A stretch of 64,000 nucleotides of DNA from a virus (taxonomy: Duplodnaviria; Caudoviricetes), in the IMG/VR virus record IMGVR_UViG_3300033463_000014, positions 32,001 through 96,000 of that record; one strand, written 5' to 3'. Positions 34,615-43,727 of this stretch are shown here, piece after piece. The notes under the pieces are model-generated. The model was not told where the DNA came from and did not search any database. It saw only the letters and a list, made by a program, of their open reading frames with translations. How positions within the stretch are numbered: position 1 is the stretch's first letter; the number at the start of each line of letters is the position of its first letter. The translations under genes and the position numbers were made by a program.

Positions 34615-35391
34615 TTACCCAATCTGAACGGTCAGCGCATCCGGGGCCCACAGGCTCCTGTTCCTCTCGAGCCATGAGTCCGCCATATTTTTTTTCCTTC
34701 TGGAGAACGACGCGCTTCCCAGATGCTCGATATACGGGTCGAGCGACTTTATGCGATGGCCCTTTAGCCCGCGCTCCTCGCAGTCCCTGTAGAACCACGC
34801 CCCTGTGTCGTAGTGCTTGTTCGGGAGATTATTTGAAAGCATCTCCATGAACTCGCCGTTGTAGTACCTTACTCCGGAGTCCCGGACTAACGGAACGTTT
34901 ATGAATGACAGGAACGGCAGAACCCTGTACGGGCAAAGTCCCATCTCATCGTTAAATGCGGAGAAGACCTGGCCCGACCATACGGCATCGTCAACGACAA
35001 AATCACGGATATCCCCCTTCATCAGCACATCGCTGTCAACCAGCATGAACGGCTCGTCGGTGTTGTCGATAAACCATTGGACAGACCTGCAATGCTTGGC
35101 CGACCCGTAGTTCGAGATGCGTGCATCCCTTGCGACCTTGTCCGGAAAACCCCGGAGCATCTCATCGAAGTCTATGACCTTACCGGACGTATTGTCGACA
35201 ACATCTATCCCGACACTTACGGTTTCCGGAGCTACGAAAGGGTCTCTGTCGCTGCTGTCGAATATGACGACACGGTCTATGCCCTTAGCGTTTTTATCGA
35301 TCGACCTTACGGCGGCCGATGTCACGTTGGGGGTATTATAGTGCGCGATGAAAGCTGTCATTCCCACAGTCTCCTGTTCATCTCGATCCAT
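34615..35391 (-). CDS. Glycosyltransferase family 2-like protein
   Basis: 258 aa; IAHYNTP...VVIFDSS...FMLVDSD (DxD)...YDTGAWF...IEHLGSAS. Confidence 0.75.
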   Translation of the reverse strand: MDRDEQETVGMTAFIAHYNTPNVTSAAVRSIDKNAKGIDRVVIFDSSDRDPFVAPETVSVGIDVVDNTSGKVIDFDEMLRGFPDKVARDARISNYGSAKHCRSVQWFIDNTDEPFMLVDSDVLMKGDIRDFVVDDAVWSGQVFSAFNDEMGLCPYRVLPFLSFINVPLVRDSGVRYYNGEFMEMLSNNLPNKHYDTGAWFYRDCEERGLKGHRIKSLDPYIEHLGSASFSRRKKNMADSWLERNRSLWAPDALTVQIG

Positions 35392-36134
35392 GCGTGGAAA
35401 CTCATCCTCTTCCTATATGACGCGGATCCATAATGAACGATGTATTGGTCTAGAGACTCCAGCCTTTTGCCGTCCAGACCGCGCTCCTCGCAGTCCCTGT
35501 AGAACCACGCCCCAGTGTCGCAATTACTTCCATACTCATCTTCTGAGAATCTCCACATGAAATCCTCATTGAAATAACGCGCTCCCGCATTCTTTACCAT
35601 CGGAACGTTTATGTAACACGCGAACGGCAATATCCTTGTCGGCTTTAAACCATAATCCTCTGAGTATTCCGAAGAACATTCACCAACCCATGCGTGGGAT
35701 TCCGAAACCATTACGGACATGTCACTCTTGCAGAGAACATCGCTGTCAAGGAGTACAAACGGGTCGTCCGAGTTGTCTATGAGCCATTGAACTGACCTGC
35801 AGTGCCTGGCTGACCCGTAGTTAGCCGTCCCCCTCTCAGGGCGTTTCCCCTTTCTCTCGCTCACCATCCTGTCCAGATCAACAAGGTTTCCACCGGTGTT
35901 GTCCAAAACGCGGACGAGGTTTCCTAACCCTTCAGGTATGACGAATGGAAGATGGTCGCTGTTGTCGAAAACCGTTATCCTTGAGACGGAAGGCGTGCTT
36001 TTGACAACCGATTTTACGCAAGCGGACGTGAGGTCTGGGGTGTTGAAATGTACGATGCAGACGCCGATCATGCCATTTCCGTGATCGCAGGAGCCTCTCA
36101 TTCCCGTGTAGCGCAAATATCCTCCTGACATCAC
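35358..36134 (-). CDS. Glycosyltransferase family 2-like protein (paralog of the adjacent gene)
   Basis: 258 aa; IVHFNTP...TVFDNS...FVLLDSD...CDTGAWF...IVHYGSAS. Confidence 0.75.
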   Translation of the reverse strand: MMSGGYLRYTGMRGSCDHGNGMIGVCIVHFNTPDLTSACVKSVVKSTPSVSRITVFDNSDHLPFVIPEGLGNLVRVLDNTGGNLVDLDRMVSERKGKRPERGTANYGSARHCRSVQWLIDNSDDPFVLLDSDVLCKSDMSVMVSESHAWVGECSSEYSEDYGLKPTRILPFACYINVPMVKNAGARYFNEDFMWRFSEDEYGSNCDTGAWFYRDCEERGLDGKRLESLDQYIVHYGSASYRKRMSFHAWIEMNRRLWE

Positions 36135-37312
36135 ATGAACCCAGGATATCCAGGGAAATCATTAAGGTTCTGGGGGTCGGCTATCCACGTCGGGTACTGA
36201 AGCCTGTCCTTGACTTGGATGAAGAAGCTCCTCTCCGTCGCGTAGCATTTTCCGGTAAGCGTGTTGTAGAAGTCCGCGTGGATGAGCGGCCTGTGGCTGA
36301 TGAAATTCTCTATCCACTGGTCGTATCCGCTTCTGAACACAGTCGCGGCGTGCGTTCCCCACAGGTCGCCCTTTATCCGGCCGAACCTGCCGTCAGTGTC
36401 GAACAGACCGTGTTTCCCGGCGAGGTCGTGCCTCCTGACGAAATGGAGATTTCCGAACGTGATCTCTGTCGCGTCGTCCGGTATTCCGCCATCCAGGAAC
36501 CTGCCCAGCTCGTCGCGGCAATTTGTGGCAGGGTAGGCGTCCGACTCGAATATGGTGATCTGGGGGAAATTCAGCGATTTCGCCGCCTTGATGAGCTCCA
36601 GATGGCTCAGGGCGCACGCGTCCATTCCGTTCGGGACGGAGCATGCCGGGAACCTACCGTCATACATGGGAGGTATTTTGCCGAATCCTGCGCTCTCCAT
36701 CCTTTCGGCGAACCTTCCGTACTCTTCCCCGCTCACGGCGAGGGCGAACGAGTGCTCCATCATCTCATCCACGGAGAAGCTCCTGAAAGTACGGACCCTC
36801 TTTACCCACGATCCGTCTTTGAAAGTCTCCGAAGGCCCTCCGATGTCGTAAACAGCCTTGCTAACGCCTTCGAACGGGAAGTCGTGCCCGGCCACGAATT
36901 TCGGGCCCATAGACATGGACACGGCGATGTCTGATTTCACGTGCTCGTAGAGGTGGCAGGCGTCGATATACACGAGGTCGGGACGGACGTTCGGATATTC
37001 GTCATGGAAATCCTCCAGAACTCCCTTGAACTTCCTGATTTTGTCAGGATGTTTTGCCGCCACCTCGTCGAACGCTAGCTCGACCTCGCTCATGTCGGAG
37101 TGGGACGCCTTGTCGCTGTCGTCGTACCCAGGCTTCCACGGGTCAACGCACCAGATCTCGCGGACCTGCGGCATGTTTGCGAAGACCTCGGCGCTCTGTC
37201 CGGCGTAGCTTCCGACCTCAACCATGGAGATGCCGCTCAGGCCCGTATACTCGATGAGCTGGCGGAGGCCCTCGCGCCCTCCACTGTACCCACGCATGTC
37301 CATGACGCTCAT
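36131..37312 (-). CDS. Class I SAM-dependent methyltransferase fused to a GT25-like glycosyltransferase
   Basis: N-term MVEVGSYAGQS, WCVDPW, LVYIDACHLYE, VAGHDF; C-term ACALSH...ITIFESDA...WGTHA. Start placed at ATG 37312 (track start 37375). Confidence 0.7.
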   Translation of the reverse strand: MSVMDMRGYSGGREGLRQLIEYTGLSGISMVEVGSYAGQSAEVFANMPQVREIWCVDPWKPGYDDSDKASHSDMSEVELAFDEVAAKHPDKIRKFKGVLEDFHDEYPNVRPDLVYIDACHLYEHVKSDIAVSMSMGPKFVAGHDFPFEGVSKAVYDIGGPSETFKDGSWVKRVRTFRSFSVDEMMEHSFALAVSGEEYGRFAERMESAGFGKIPPMYDGRFPACSVPNGMDACALSHLELIKAAKSLNFPQITIFESDAYPATNCRDELGRFLDGGIPDDATEITFGNLHFVRRHDLAGKHGLFDTDGRFGRIKGDLWGTHAATVFRSGYDQWIENFISHRPLIHADFYNTLTGKCYATERSFFIQVKDRLQYPTWIADPQNLNDFPGYPGFM

Positions 37313-37459
37313 GAGAGGAGAACCTTTCTTATCGCCGCAAGGCTTGGACTCATAGGTGGAGAAGGAGGTTGCCAAAACAGGGGCGTGGAACCTTGCACGG
37401 GGGACATCGGATGCAAATAATCGTTCATCATTCTTTTCGCCTGCCCAAAGCCAATGGTG

Positions 37460-37951
37460 TTATTTTTTCCACCATTTTCCCGCATCATAATCATTAGGCA
37501 ATCCAACGGGTTTCGCCGCGACAGGAAGACGTTCCGGCTTAAGATATTCTATGCCGCGCCTAGTATTTACGTAATTCACTACTCTATTCTGCGTATTGTC
37601 TCTATCTCCAAACCGCACCGATCCACCATGCTGGGTACTGAAACTATTCCCCGGCGCCTGCATTACATCTTTTTGAATAGTCCTGTAATTCCTATTTTGG
37701 ATCGGTGTATTGCTGACATAAACAGGAACGCCGTTCTTTGTATGGAACCCTGCTCTTCCGCCATTAAACATCGTCCCGCCATGTTGGGTTGCAAGAGATC
37801 TCGCTTTCTGCATCAATTTAGGCGTCTGCGGCTGCGCCGTGGGCCTCGTTTGAGTCTGCGGCTGTGCCGCCTGCGCCGTTGTCCGCGTCTTAGCGGGTTT
37901 ACCGGCCTGGGCGATCTTGACGAGAAGGTTGATGTGGTCGAATGCGTTCAT
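37460..37951 (-). CDS. Hypothetical virion protein (N-terminal VKIAQ)
   Basis: 163 aa; AAAGGAG RBS; AT-richer body after a Gln/Thr/Pro linker. Confidence 0.6.
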   Translation of the reverse strand: MNAFDHINLLVKIAQAGKPAKTRTTAQAAQPQTQTRPTAQPQTPKLMQKARSLATQHGGTMFNGGRAGFHTKNGVPVYVSNTPIQNRNYRTIQKDVMQAPGNSFSTQHGGSVRFGDRDNTQNRVVNYVNTRRGIEYLKPERLPVAAKPVGLPNDYDAGKWWKK

Positions 37952-38021
37952 TCCATAACTCCTTTCCTATATTAGACCAAAAACAGGGAAAACCAGAAAC
38001 TTCTCATAAGCCAATACGCAA

Positions 38022-39770
38022 CTACGCCTCGTTCGGGTCGAGGCGGTCGTCGACTGGGGCGTCCCCGCTCACAATACCTCCGCCGAACGCCTCGGGCGGT
38101 ATCATGTCGTCGACGGCCATTCCGAGCAGCTTCATCGCGGCCATGCTGGCGAAGCACAGGGCGTGGCAGAAGTCGTCTGGCTGTGACTGGTTCCTGAGGT
38201 AGAGCCTGTGCGTTATCCCGCCGACCTCCGTTGTCGCCTCGTAGTCCGACAGGAGGTCCTCGAGGTAGATCCAGAACCCCTCCTCCTTCGGGAAGAAGGT
38301 CCTCCGGTTCCTAATGGCTAAAAAAAGGACGTCTAGCGCCATGACCTTGTCTATGGTCCAGCACTGGACGGTGTTCGTCCTTCCCGTTGACTGGTTCCTT
38401 CCGAACAGCTTGAGCTGCCGGGTGTACTGCATCTGGATGATGGGGAGCCCGAACCTCTTGGCCAGGATCTGGTTCTTGTCCAGACCCATTCCTGCGTCAG
38501 CCGCACACGCTATGACATTGTAGAACCGGCACACCTTGGCTATGTCCGTCATCTGCTCGTCGGGGTCGAAGCCCCTGTAGCGCCTCGCCCATAGCACGTC
38601 TATGCGGCCGCTCGGACGTATCCCGATGACCGTGATGACGGTGAAGGACGAGAGCTCCGCTCCGCCCCAGTCGATTCCGGCAACGGTGAAGGAGTACCGG
38701 TTCGGGTTCGCCTTCAGCTCCTCCTGAAGCGTCTTGGTCGAGGGGAGGAGGCACTGGCGCTGGATGTCGGCCCGCGTCAGTAGCCTCTGTCCGACAGAGT
38801 AGGAGATTCCGAGGTTCTCCTGGATGAAGGTCGCAAGGATTCCGGACGTCAGCTTGGTGAGCAGGCGGTTCCACTTTGCCGGGTCCTCCACGATCGCCGG
38901 CACGACGACCTGGGGTATGTGGTAGCCCCTGAAGGAGTTCATCCTGCCCGGGAATGCGGCGATCCACTTGCCATCCCTGACGTTGAGCTTTCTCCCGCAG
39001 TGTACGCAGTGCATGCCGTCCGCCTGGATCATGTTGAGGACCTTGCCGTCCATGTTGGGTATGTTGTGGTACCCGCATGACTTGCACCGCATGACCCACT
39101 CGCACTGGGCGCTCTTCTGCCATAGCGACTCGATGAGGTTCTCGACCACCATGGCCGTGCCTGTGTAGCGGGAGCACCCGTACTTTGCGGACGTTAGCGT
39201 CTCCTTGACGATCGGGATGGTCTCCGAGGACTGGGACTGTATCTCGTCGAAGTCGCAGAACTCCTCCTCGAGGCCGCGGACGCGGTCGGCCGACGACTTG
39301 GCGTAGGTGAGGACTACACCTGATCCGTTCGCGAAGCTCTTGTGACCCGTGGCCTTGTTGATCTTCGAGTCGGACATCGTGTCGGCTAGAGCCTGAGACT
39401 GGAGGGCCCCGGCGAGCGGGCATGACTTGATGGCCTCGCTCAGGATGAGGTCGCTGTACCGCCTTGACTGCTCCTGCAGCGGGGCGACGTAGAGCATCTG
39501 CAGGTTCGGGATCGTGATCATGTTCATCACCTCGCTCCTGGCGAGGTTCTGCGTCTTCCCGATCTGCCTGCCCGTCATGAAGATCATGTCCGGGACGAGC
39601 TCCCTGCCGTACATGACCCTGAACTGCGGGTAGTCCCTGAGGCTGTAGGGCTCACCCCTGATCCTGAACAGGGCGGGGAGCAGGTCTGCGCGGTCCATTG
39701 AGCGCATCCTCTCCCTGAAGGAATCGCTCCTGGCGATCCTGACAAGCTCCTCCGCCCCTATCTCTGCCAT
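38022..39770 (-). CDS. terL: Terminase large subunit (lambda gpA-like)
   Basis: 582 aa; Walker A GRQIGKT, DRVRG...CDFDEIQ Walker B, TGT motif, CKSC/CVHC Zn finger, RGYHIPQ, nuclease GIDWG and PDDFCHA. Confidence 0.9.
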   Translation of the reverse strand: MAEIGAEELVRIARSDSFRERMRSMDRADLLPALFRIRGEPYSLRDYPQFRVMYGRELVPDMIFMTGRQIGKTQNLARSEVMNMITIPNLQMLYVAPLQEQSRRYSDLILSEAIKSCPLAGALQSQALADTMSDSKINKATGHKSFANGSGVVLTYAKSSADRVRGLEEEFCDFDEIQSQSSETIPIVKETLTSAKYGCSRYTGTAMVVENLIESLWQKSAQCEWVMRCKSCGYHNIPNMDGKVLNMIQADGMHCVHCGRKLNVRDGKWIAAFPGRMNSFRGYHIPQVVVPAIVEDPAKWNRLLTKLTSGILATFIQENLGISYSVGQRLLTRADIQRQCLLPSTKTLQEELKANPNRYSFTVAGIDWGGAELSSFTVITVIGIRPSGRIDVLWARRYRGFDPDEQMTDIAKVCRFYNVIACAADAGMGLDKNQILAKRFGLPIIQMQYTRQLKLFGRNQSTGRTNTVQCWTIDKVMALDVLFLAIRNRRTFFPKEEGFWIYLEDLLSDYEATTEVGGITHRLYLRNQSQPDDFCHALCFASMAAMKLLGMAVDDMIPPEAFGGGIVSGDAPVDDRLDPNEA

Positions 39771-39796
39771 CCCCTACAGTTCCCCAGATCACGGAC

Positions 39797-40366
39797 CTAT
39801 CGTTTGATTCCCAGCGATACCCCGAAGAGGTGCCTGTTTTTGGTGTAGAAATCCCAGTCCATTGCGCCCATGTCGAGATCCATAGGCTTGACGTAGGACT
39901 CGAACATGGTGTCGATGACCCCGCACCCCCAGTCCCGGTCTATGACGTAGCAAAGGTATGGAGACTCGTACTTGTACTTCAGGAACGCCTTCCAGCAGTC
40001 CCCGTTCCACGCCAACGGCGAAGGCTCCCTCCTCTGCTGGTCCTCCCTGACAGGAAGGATGTCGTGCAGGACGACCACTCCCCCGCCGTTCAGGAACCTC
40101 ATGGAGTTCATGATGTCCCTGTAGACCTGGTCGCTGTGGTGGAGCCCGTCTATGAAGACGATGTCGAACGTCTGCGCGTTCGAACCGAAGAACTCGTCTG
40201 ACCCCATGACGTGCGTCTTTCCGACGCTTTTCGGATTCGGGTCCACGCCGACCTTCAGGCCGCACCTGATGTTCCCTATGACCTCCCCCCTGTCAACCCC
40301 GATCTCCAGGTAGCTCTGATATCCCCTGCTGTCTATGAAATCCTGTATGATGTCCCTTCTCGTCAC
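39797..40366 (-). CDS. Class I SAM-dependent methyltransferase (Methyltransf_24-like)
   Basis: 189 aa; YLEIGV, VGVDP, FDIVFIDGLH, GGVVVLHD, WNGDCWKA. Confidence 0.85.
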   Translation of the reverse strand: MTRRDIIQDFIDSRGYQSYLEIGVDRGEVIGNIRCGLKVGVDPNPKSVGKTHVMGSDEFFGSNAQTFDIVFIDGLHHSDQVYRDIMNSMRFLNGGGVVVLHDILPVREDQQRREPSPLAWNGDCWKAFLKYKYESPYLCYVIDRDWGCGVIDTMFESYVKPMDLDMGAMDWDFYTKNRHLFGVSLGIKR

Positions 40367-40406
40367 GACACCCTCCTTTTTTTAGCCATCGCGCGACACG
40401 CCGCCC

Positions 40407-41054
40407 CTACCTCGGCTCCGAATAGTCGCTGTCGTAGACGACCTCGAGGTCCGGACTGTCGAAGAACGACTGGGCCAGATACTTCGGCCCGCTCCTGAGT
40501 ATCCCGTGCCACAGCGATCCCTTGAGCATGGGGATGTCCAGTCCTGGATAGCACTTCCTGACGAGCTCGTGGCAGTAGACAGGCTCGCCTCCCGAGGCGC
40601 CTTCCTCTACCGCGAAGTCGTAGTCGTACTCGTTCCCAACGTATTTGAGCGCGATACCGGCGGCTTTTCCGGTCAGCTCAGCCATGTCGCGCCCATCGGA
40701 CTGCTTCGGGCGGAGGATGGCGAACCCGTCGCACCTGAGGAAGTCGATGATGTCGGTCTTCTGGACGCCGTCGCTCATGGAGTGGACGATGAGGCCGTCC
40801 CCGATGCAGATCCCGGAGTGCGTGAACCTTCCCGGGATGAAGTACCCGTCGAGGTAGTTCCTGTACCTCCTGACGAAGATGTCCCCCGTCCTTGCCATGG
40901 ACAGCGCCTTCCTGATGCCTGCGGCCCTAACGTCATACCCCTTCGGCGAGTATATGACGAACATGGGCCACCTGTAGACCTTGATCTTCCCGAGGACATA
41001 CAGGAAACCTACCTTAATGCTCTTGACGACTCCGTGGCACAAACCCTTGAACAT
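40407..41054 (-). CDS. Permuted papain-like NlpC/P60 enzyme (YiiX/YaeF family)
   Basis: 215 aa; TGDIFV...FTHSGI (His) precedes YDYDF...VYCHELV (Cys). Confidence 0.8.
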   Translation of the reverse strand: MFKGLCHGVVKSIKVGFLYVLGKIKVYRWPMFVIYSPKGYDVRAAGIRKALSMARTGDIFVRRYRNYLDGYFIPGRFTHSGICIGDGLIVHSMSDGVQKTDIIDFLRCDGFAILRPKQSDGRDMAELTGKAAGIALKYVGNEYDYDFAVEEGASGGEPVYCHELVRKCYPGLDIPMLKGSLWHGILRSGPKYLAQSFFDSPDLEVVYDSDYSEPR

Positions 41055-41086
41055 CTCTCTTCTCCCTCTTTTGACCGACTGAACTA

Positions 41087-42442
41087 TTATACGTCTTTAC
41101 CTATCGCCCCGGCTATCTGAGAGTCGATTACCTCTGCATTGATCTCCCTGCCCCTGTCCTCGATGCTCTGCCTGTCGATGGCAAGCTGGCTGGATATCCT
41201 GCTCTTGATCTCTGCGCTCCTCTCGAGCATCGTCCTCTCGTCCGTGTCGACCGCGACCATCTCGGGCGCCGTGAGGGAGAGGATGCCCATGAGCGCGTTG
41301 ACCGTGTCGTCCGCACCGACCTCACCGGAGCCACGGCGGTCCTCGGTGAGCTTCTTCGACTGGGCCGTGTAGGCCGAAAGGATCCTAGCGGCGTCCTCGT
41401 GCCTCATGTCTCCCGTGAACAGGTCGGACAGGAGTCTCCCCGTCGCCGCCTTCCATCCGAGATCCATGGCGTGCTCAAGGCTCCTGTCCGTCATGCCGTG
41501 CGCCTTGCCGTCCCATCTCCAGTAGTAGATCAGGGCGTCATAGCCCATCGTCGCCGCTATCGCCCTCCACACGTCGCTGTCCTTCGCAAGGGGGCGCCCG
41601 TCGCCGATCACGAAGCCGTCGCTGTCCAGCTCCTCGTTCTTCCTCATGAACGTCTTCAGGGGTCCGTAGGGCATAGCCATCCTCTGGATGAGCTGCATCG
41701 ATGGGTTGAGGGACCAGTCGTCAATCCTGCAGTTGTAGAAGAGGCGCTCGTAAGCCTCGATCGCGGGACGTGCGCTCTGGATTCCGATAAGGTCAAGGGT
41801 AATCACGTCCATGTCTATGCCCGTCAGGAGGAGGGGCTCTATCCTTTTCCTCATCGCTGCCTCGCTCTCCCTCTCGTAGTACCATCTGGAAGCGAGGCGT
41901 ACCGGGACGCTCTCGTCGGATATGCAGGATCCCTGCGACTCGTCGTTATACATGACGACCATCCTGGCTATCCAAGGATCGGATGCGAACGGCCTGTAGG
42001 ATGCGTCCGTGTCGAACGGAGGGATCGCCCTGCACGTTGTCTCCACAACCGTGCCCGCCGGCGGCTGTTTGGATCCGTTTTTATTTTTCCGGCCCTTTCT
42101 GTGGGCTGATGCCGTGTTCTCTGGTGATGCGTGCGTTTCAGAAGGGATTTCTGACCTCTCCGGGGGGTCTTCGTTTTTGGGGTGTACTGTAACGTTTTGG
42201 TCAAATACCCCCCCCGTTACGGTACGCCCCTCCTTCGGGGGGTCTCCGGAGGGGTCTTTTTCGGCGTTTGTTACTGTACGGGTTACGGATATTCCGCCTG
42301 TTTTCGCTATGCTGTCCAGATCCCCCGCGTTTCTCGCTCCTGCCGAGAAAAGGTAGCCCGCCACGATCGACCTCCAGGCCGGGTTGAACTGGCACGGGTC
42401 GTCAAGCGGTGTCACGACTTCGCCTGTATCTGGGAGTAACAT
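41087..42442 (-). CDS. Hypothetical protein
   Basis: 451 aa ORF in gene order with a low-complexity insert; no motif recognised. Confidence 0.6.
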   Translation of the reverse strand: MLLPDTGEVVTPLDDPCQFNPAWRSIVAGYLFSAGARNAGDLDSIAKTGGISVTRTVTNAEKDPSGDPPKEGRTVTGGVFDQNVTVHPKNEDPPERSEIPSETHASPENTASAHRKGRKNKNGSKQPPAGTVVETTCRAIPPFDTDASYRPFASDPWIARMVVMYNDESQGSCISDESVPVRLASRWYYERESEAAMRKRIEPLLLTGIDMDVITLDLIGIQSARPAIEAYERLFYNCRIDDWSLNPSMQLIQRMAMPYGPLKTFMRKNEELDSDGFVIGDGRPLAKDSDVWRAIAATMGYDALIYYWRWDGKAHGMTDRSLEHAMDLGWKAATGRLLSDLFTGDMRHEDAARILSAYTAQSKKLTEDRRGSGEVGADDTVNALMGILSLTAPEMVAVDTDERTMLERSAEIKSRISSQLAIDRQSIEDRGREINAEVIDSQIAGAIGKDV

Positions 42443-42451
42443 CTGGTCTGG

Positions 42452-42766
42452 TCAGGGCGTTCTTCTGTTCTTGTTCGTCGCGCCGTGCGCTTCGTGCGCC
42501 TTGTTCCGGTTGTCTCCGACAGATCCGCAGTAGATCGACACGACCTCGTCCCAGTCGTCGTCACCCCGTTTTGAGAAACCCCATATGTCCTTACGGAGTC
42601 TCGCGAGGATGGCTGAAGGCTCACCGTCACGCCCCCTGACGATGACGGCGCTTGCGTCCGGAGAGTCCAGAAGTACGTCGGAAGGCCCGAGCCCGAGCAC
42701 CATGACCCCTCCCTCGGCGGAAGGAGGGGCCTTTTCGGGAACGGTCTTTGATGCCCCCTGTGTCAT
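42452..42766 (-). CDS. Hypothetical protein
   Basis: ATG 42766 overlaps the upstream TGA (ATGA); 104 aa. Confidence 0.5.
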   Translation of the reverse strand: MTQGASKTVPEKAPPSAEGGVMVLGLGPSDVLLDSPDASAVIVRGRDGEPSAILARLRKDIWGFSKRGDDDWDEVVSIYCGSVGDNRNKAHEAHGATNKNRRTP

Positions 42767-43683
42767 TTGAAAGCCTCCATTCCCGTGAACAGGGCGCCGA
42801 GCGACGTCTGGACGGGGTGTTGGTCCTTCTGCTCCCTCTGGACGTCCGAGTAGACGAGGGTCCACAGGCCGTCATACGATACTCCGGGCTTCCAGTTTCT
42901 GACGACGGCCCTTGTCATCACCCCGCCGGCCGAAGCGCCGTAGGAGAACTCGGCCTCCCTGCAGCCGCTCCAGCACAGGATCCTGGAGGAGACGGCCCTT
43001 CCCGAGGAGTCCACGGAGAGGGCGCCTGCCTGGACGAAGTCCGAAGGGTCGAACGTGAATCCGGACGACCACATGACGCACCTAGCGGAGAGCGCCCTGG
43101 CGTCCCCTCCCCGGATGGCCGATAAGTCCGACGCCACGCTCCTGTAGAGCGTCGCCGAATGGCATGCGTCGAAATAGAGGAAGACACGTCCCTTGCAGGA
43201 GCTCACGATTTCCCATATCTCGTCGTCCAGCATGTGCGTGTCGTAGAGGCACAGGTACTCGTCCTGCCTGTCGGCTCCGTCGGGCTCCTTCCCTCCGAGA
43301 TACTCCTGACCGCCGTGTCCGGAGTAGAAGAACAGGAACAGGCCGCCCTCCTGGGTCGATGACACGCCGTTCCTGAGCATTTTCTCGACGTTTGCCTTTG
43401 TGGCCTTCTCTGACACCAGGGTGTCGCCCGTGTACCCGAGCCCGTCCATGATCGAGGACAGGACCTCTGCGTCCTTTTTGCATCCCGGGCACGAGCCGAA
43501 CCGGGCCGACCTCTCCATCCCGACGCAGAGGTATGTCGCCGCGGCGTTAGTCCTGGACGACCACCATCCGGGATCCTCGCCGCATTCCCCTTCGCACGTC
43601 TTTCCCCTGCATCCGGCCAAAGAGACGGCGATCGCAGCAGCGGCCGACGCGGCCGAGGCGAGTGTGAGAACAGAAACTTTCAT
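42763..43683 (-). CDS. Metacaspase (peptidase C14) with lipoprotein signal peptide
   Basis: 306 aa; LAGC lipobox; FFYSGHGGQ (His) and YFDACHS (Cys) dyad; DGADRQDEYLCLYD, LDDEI. Confidence 0.85.
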   Translation of the reverse strand: MKVSVLTLASAASAAAAIAVSLAGCRGKTCEGECGEDPGWWSSRTNAAATYLCVGMERSARFGSCPGCKKDAEVLSSIMDGLGYTGDTLVSEKATKANVEKMLRNGVSSTQEGGLFLFFYSGHGGQEYLGGKEPDGADRQDEYLCLYDTHMLDDEIWEIVSSCKGRVFLYFDACHSATLYRSVASDLSAIRGGDARALSARCVMWSSGFTFDPSDFVQAGALSVDSSGRAVSSRILCWSGCREAEFSYGASAGGVMTRAVVRNWKPGVSYDGLWTLVYSDVQREQKDQHPVQTSLGALFTGMEAFK

Positions 43684-43727
43684 TCCATATCTCCCTTCGT
43701 TTTTTCTGTATTACAACCGCGGGCGCG

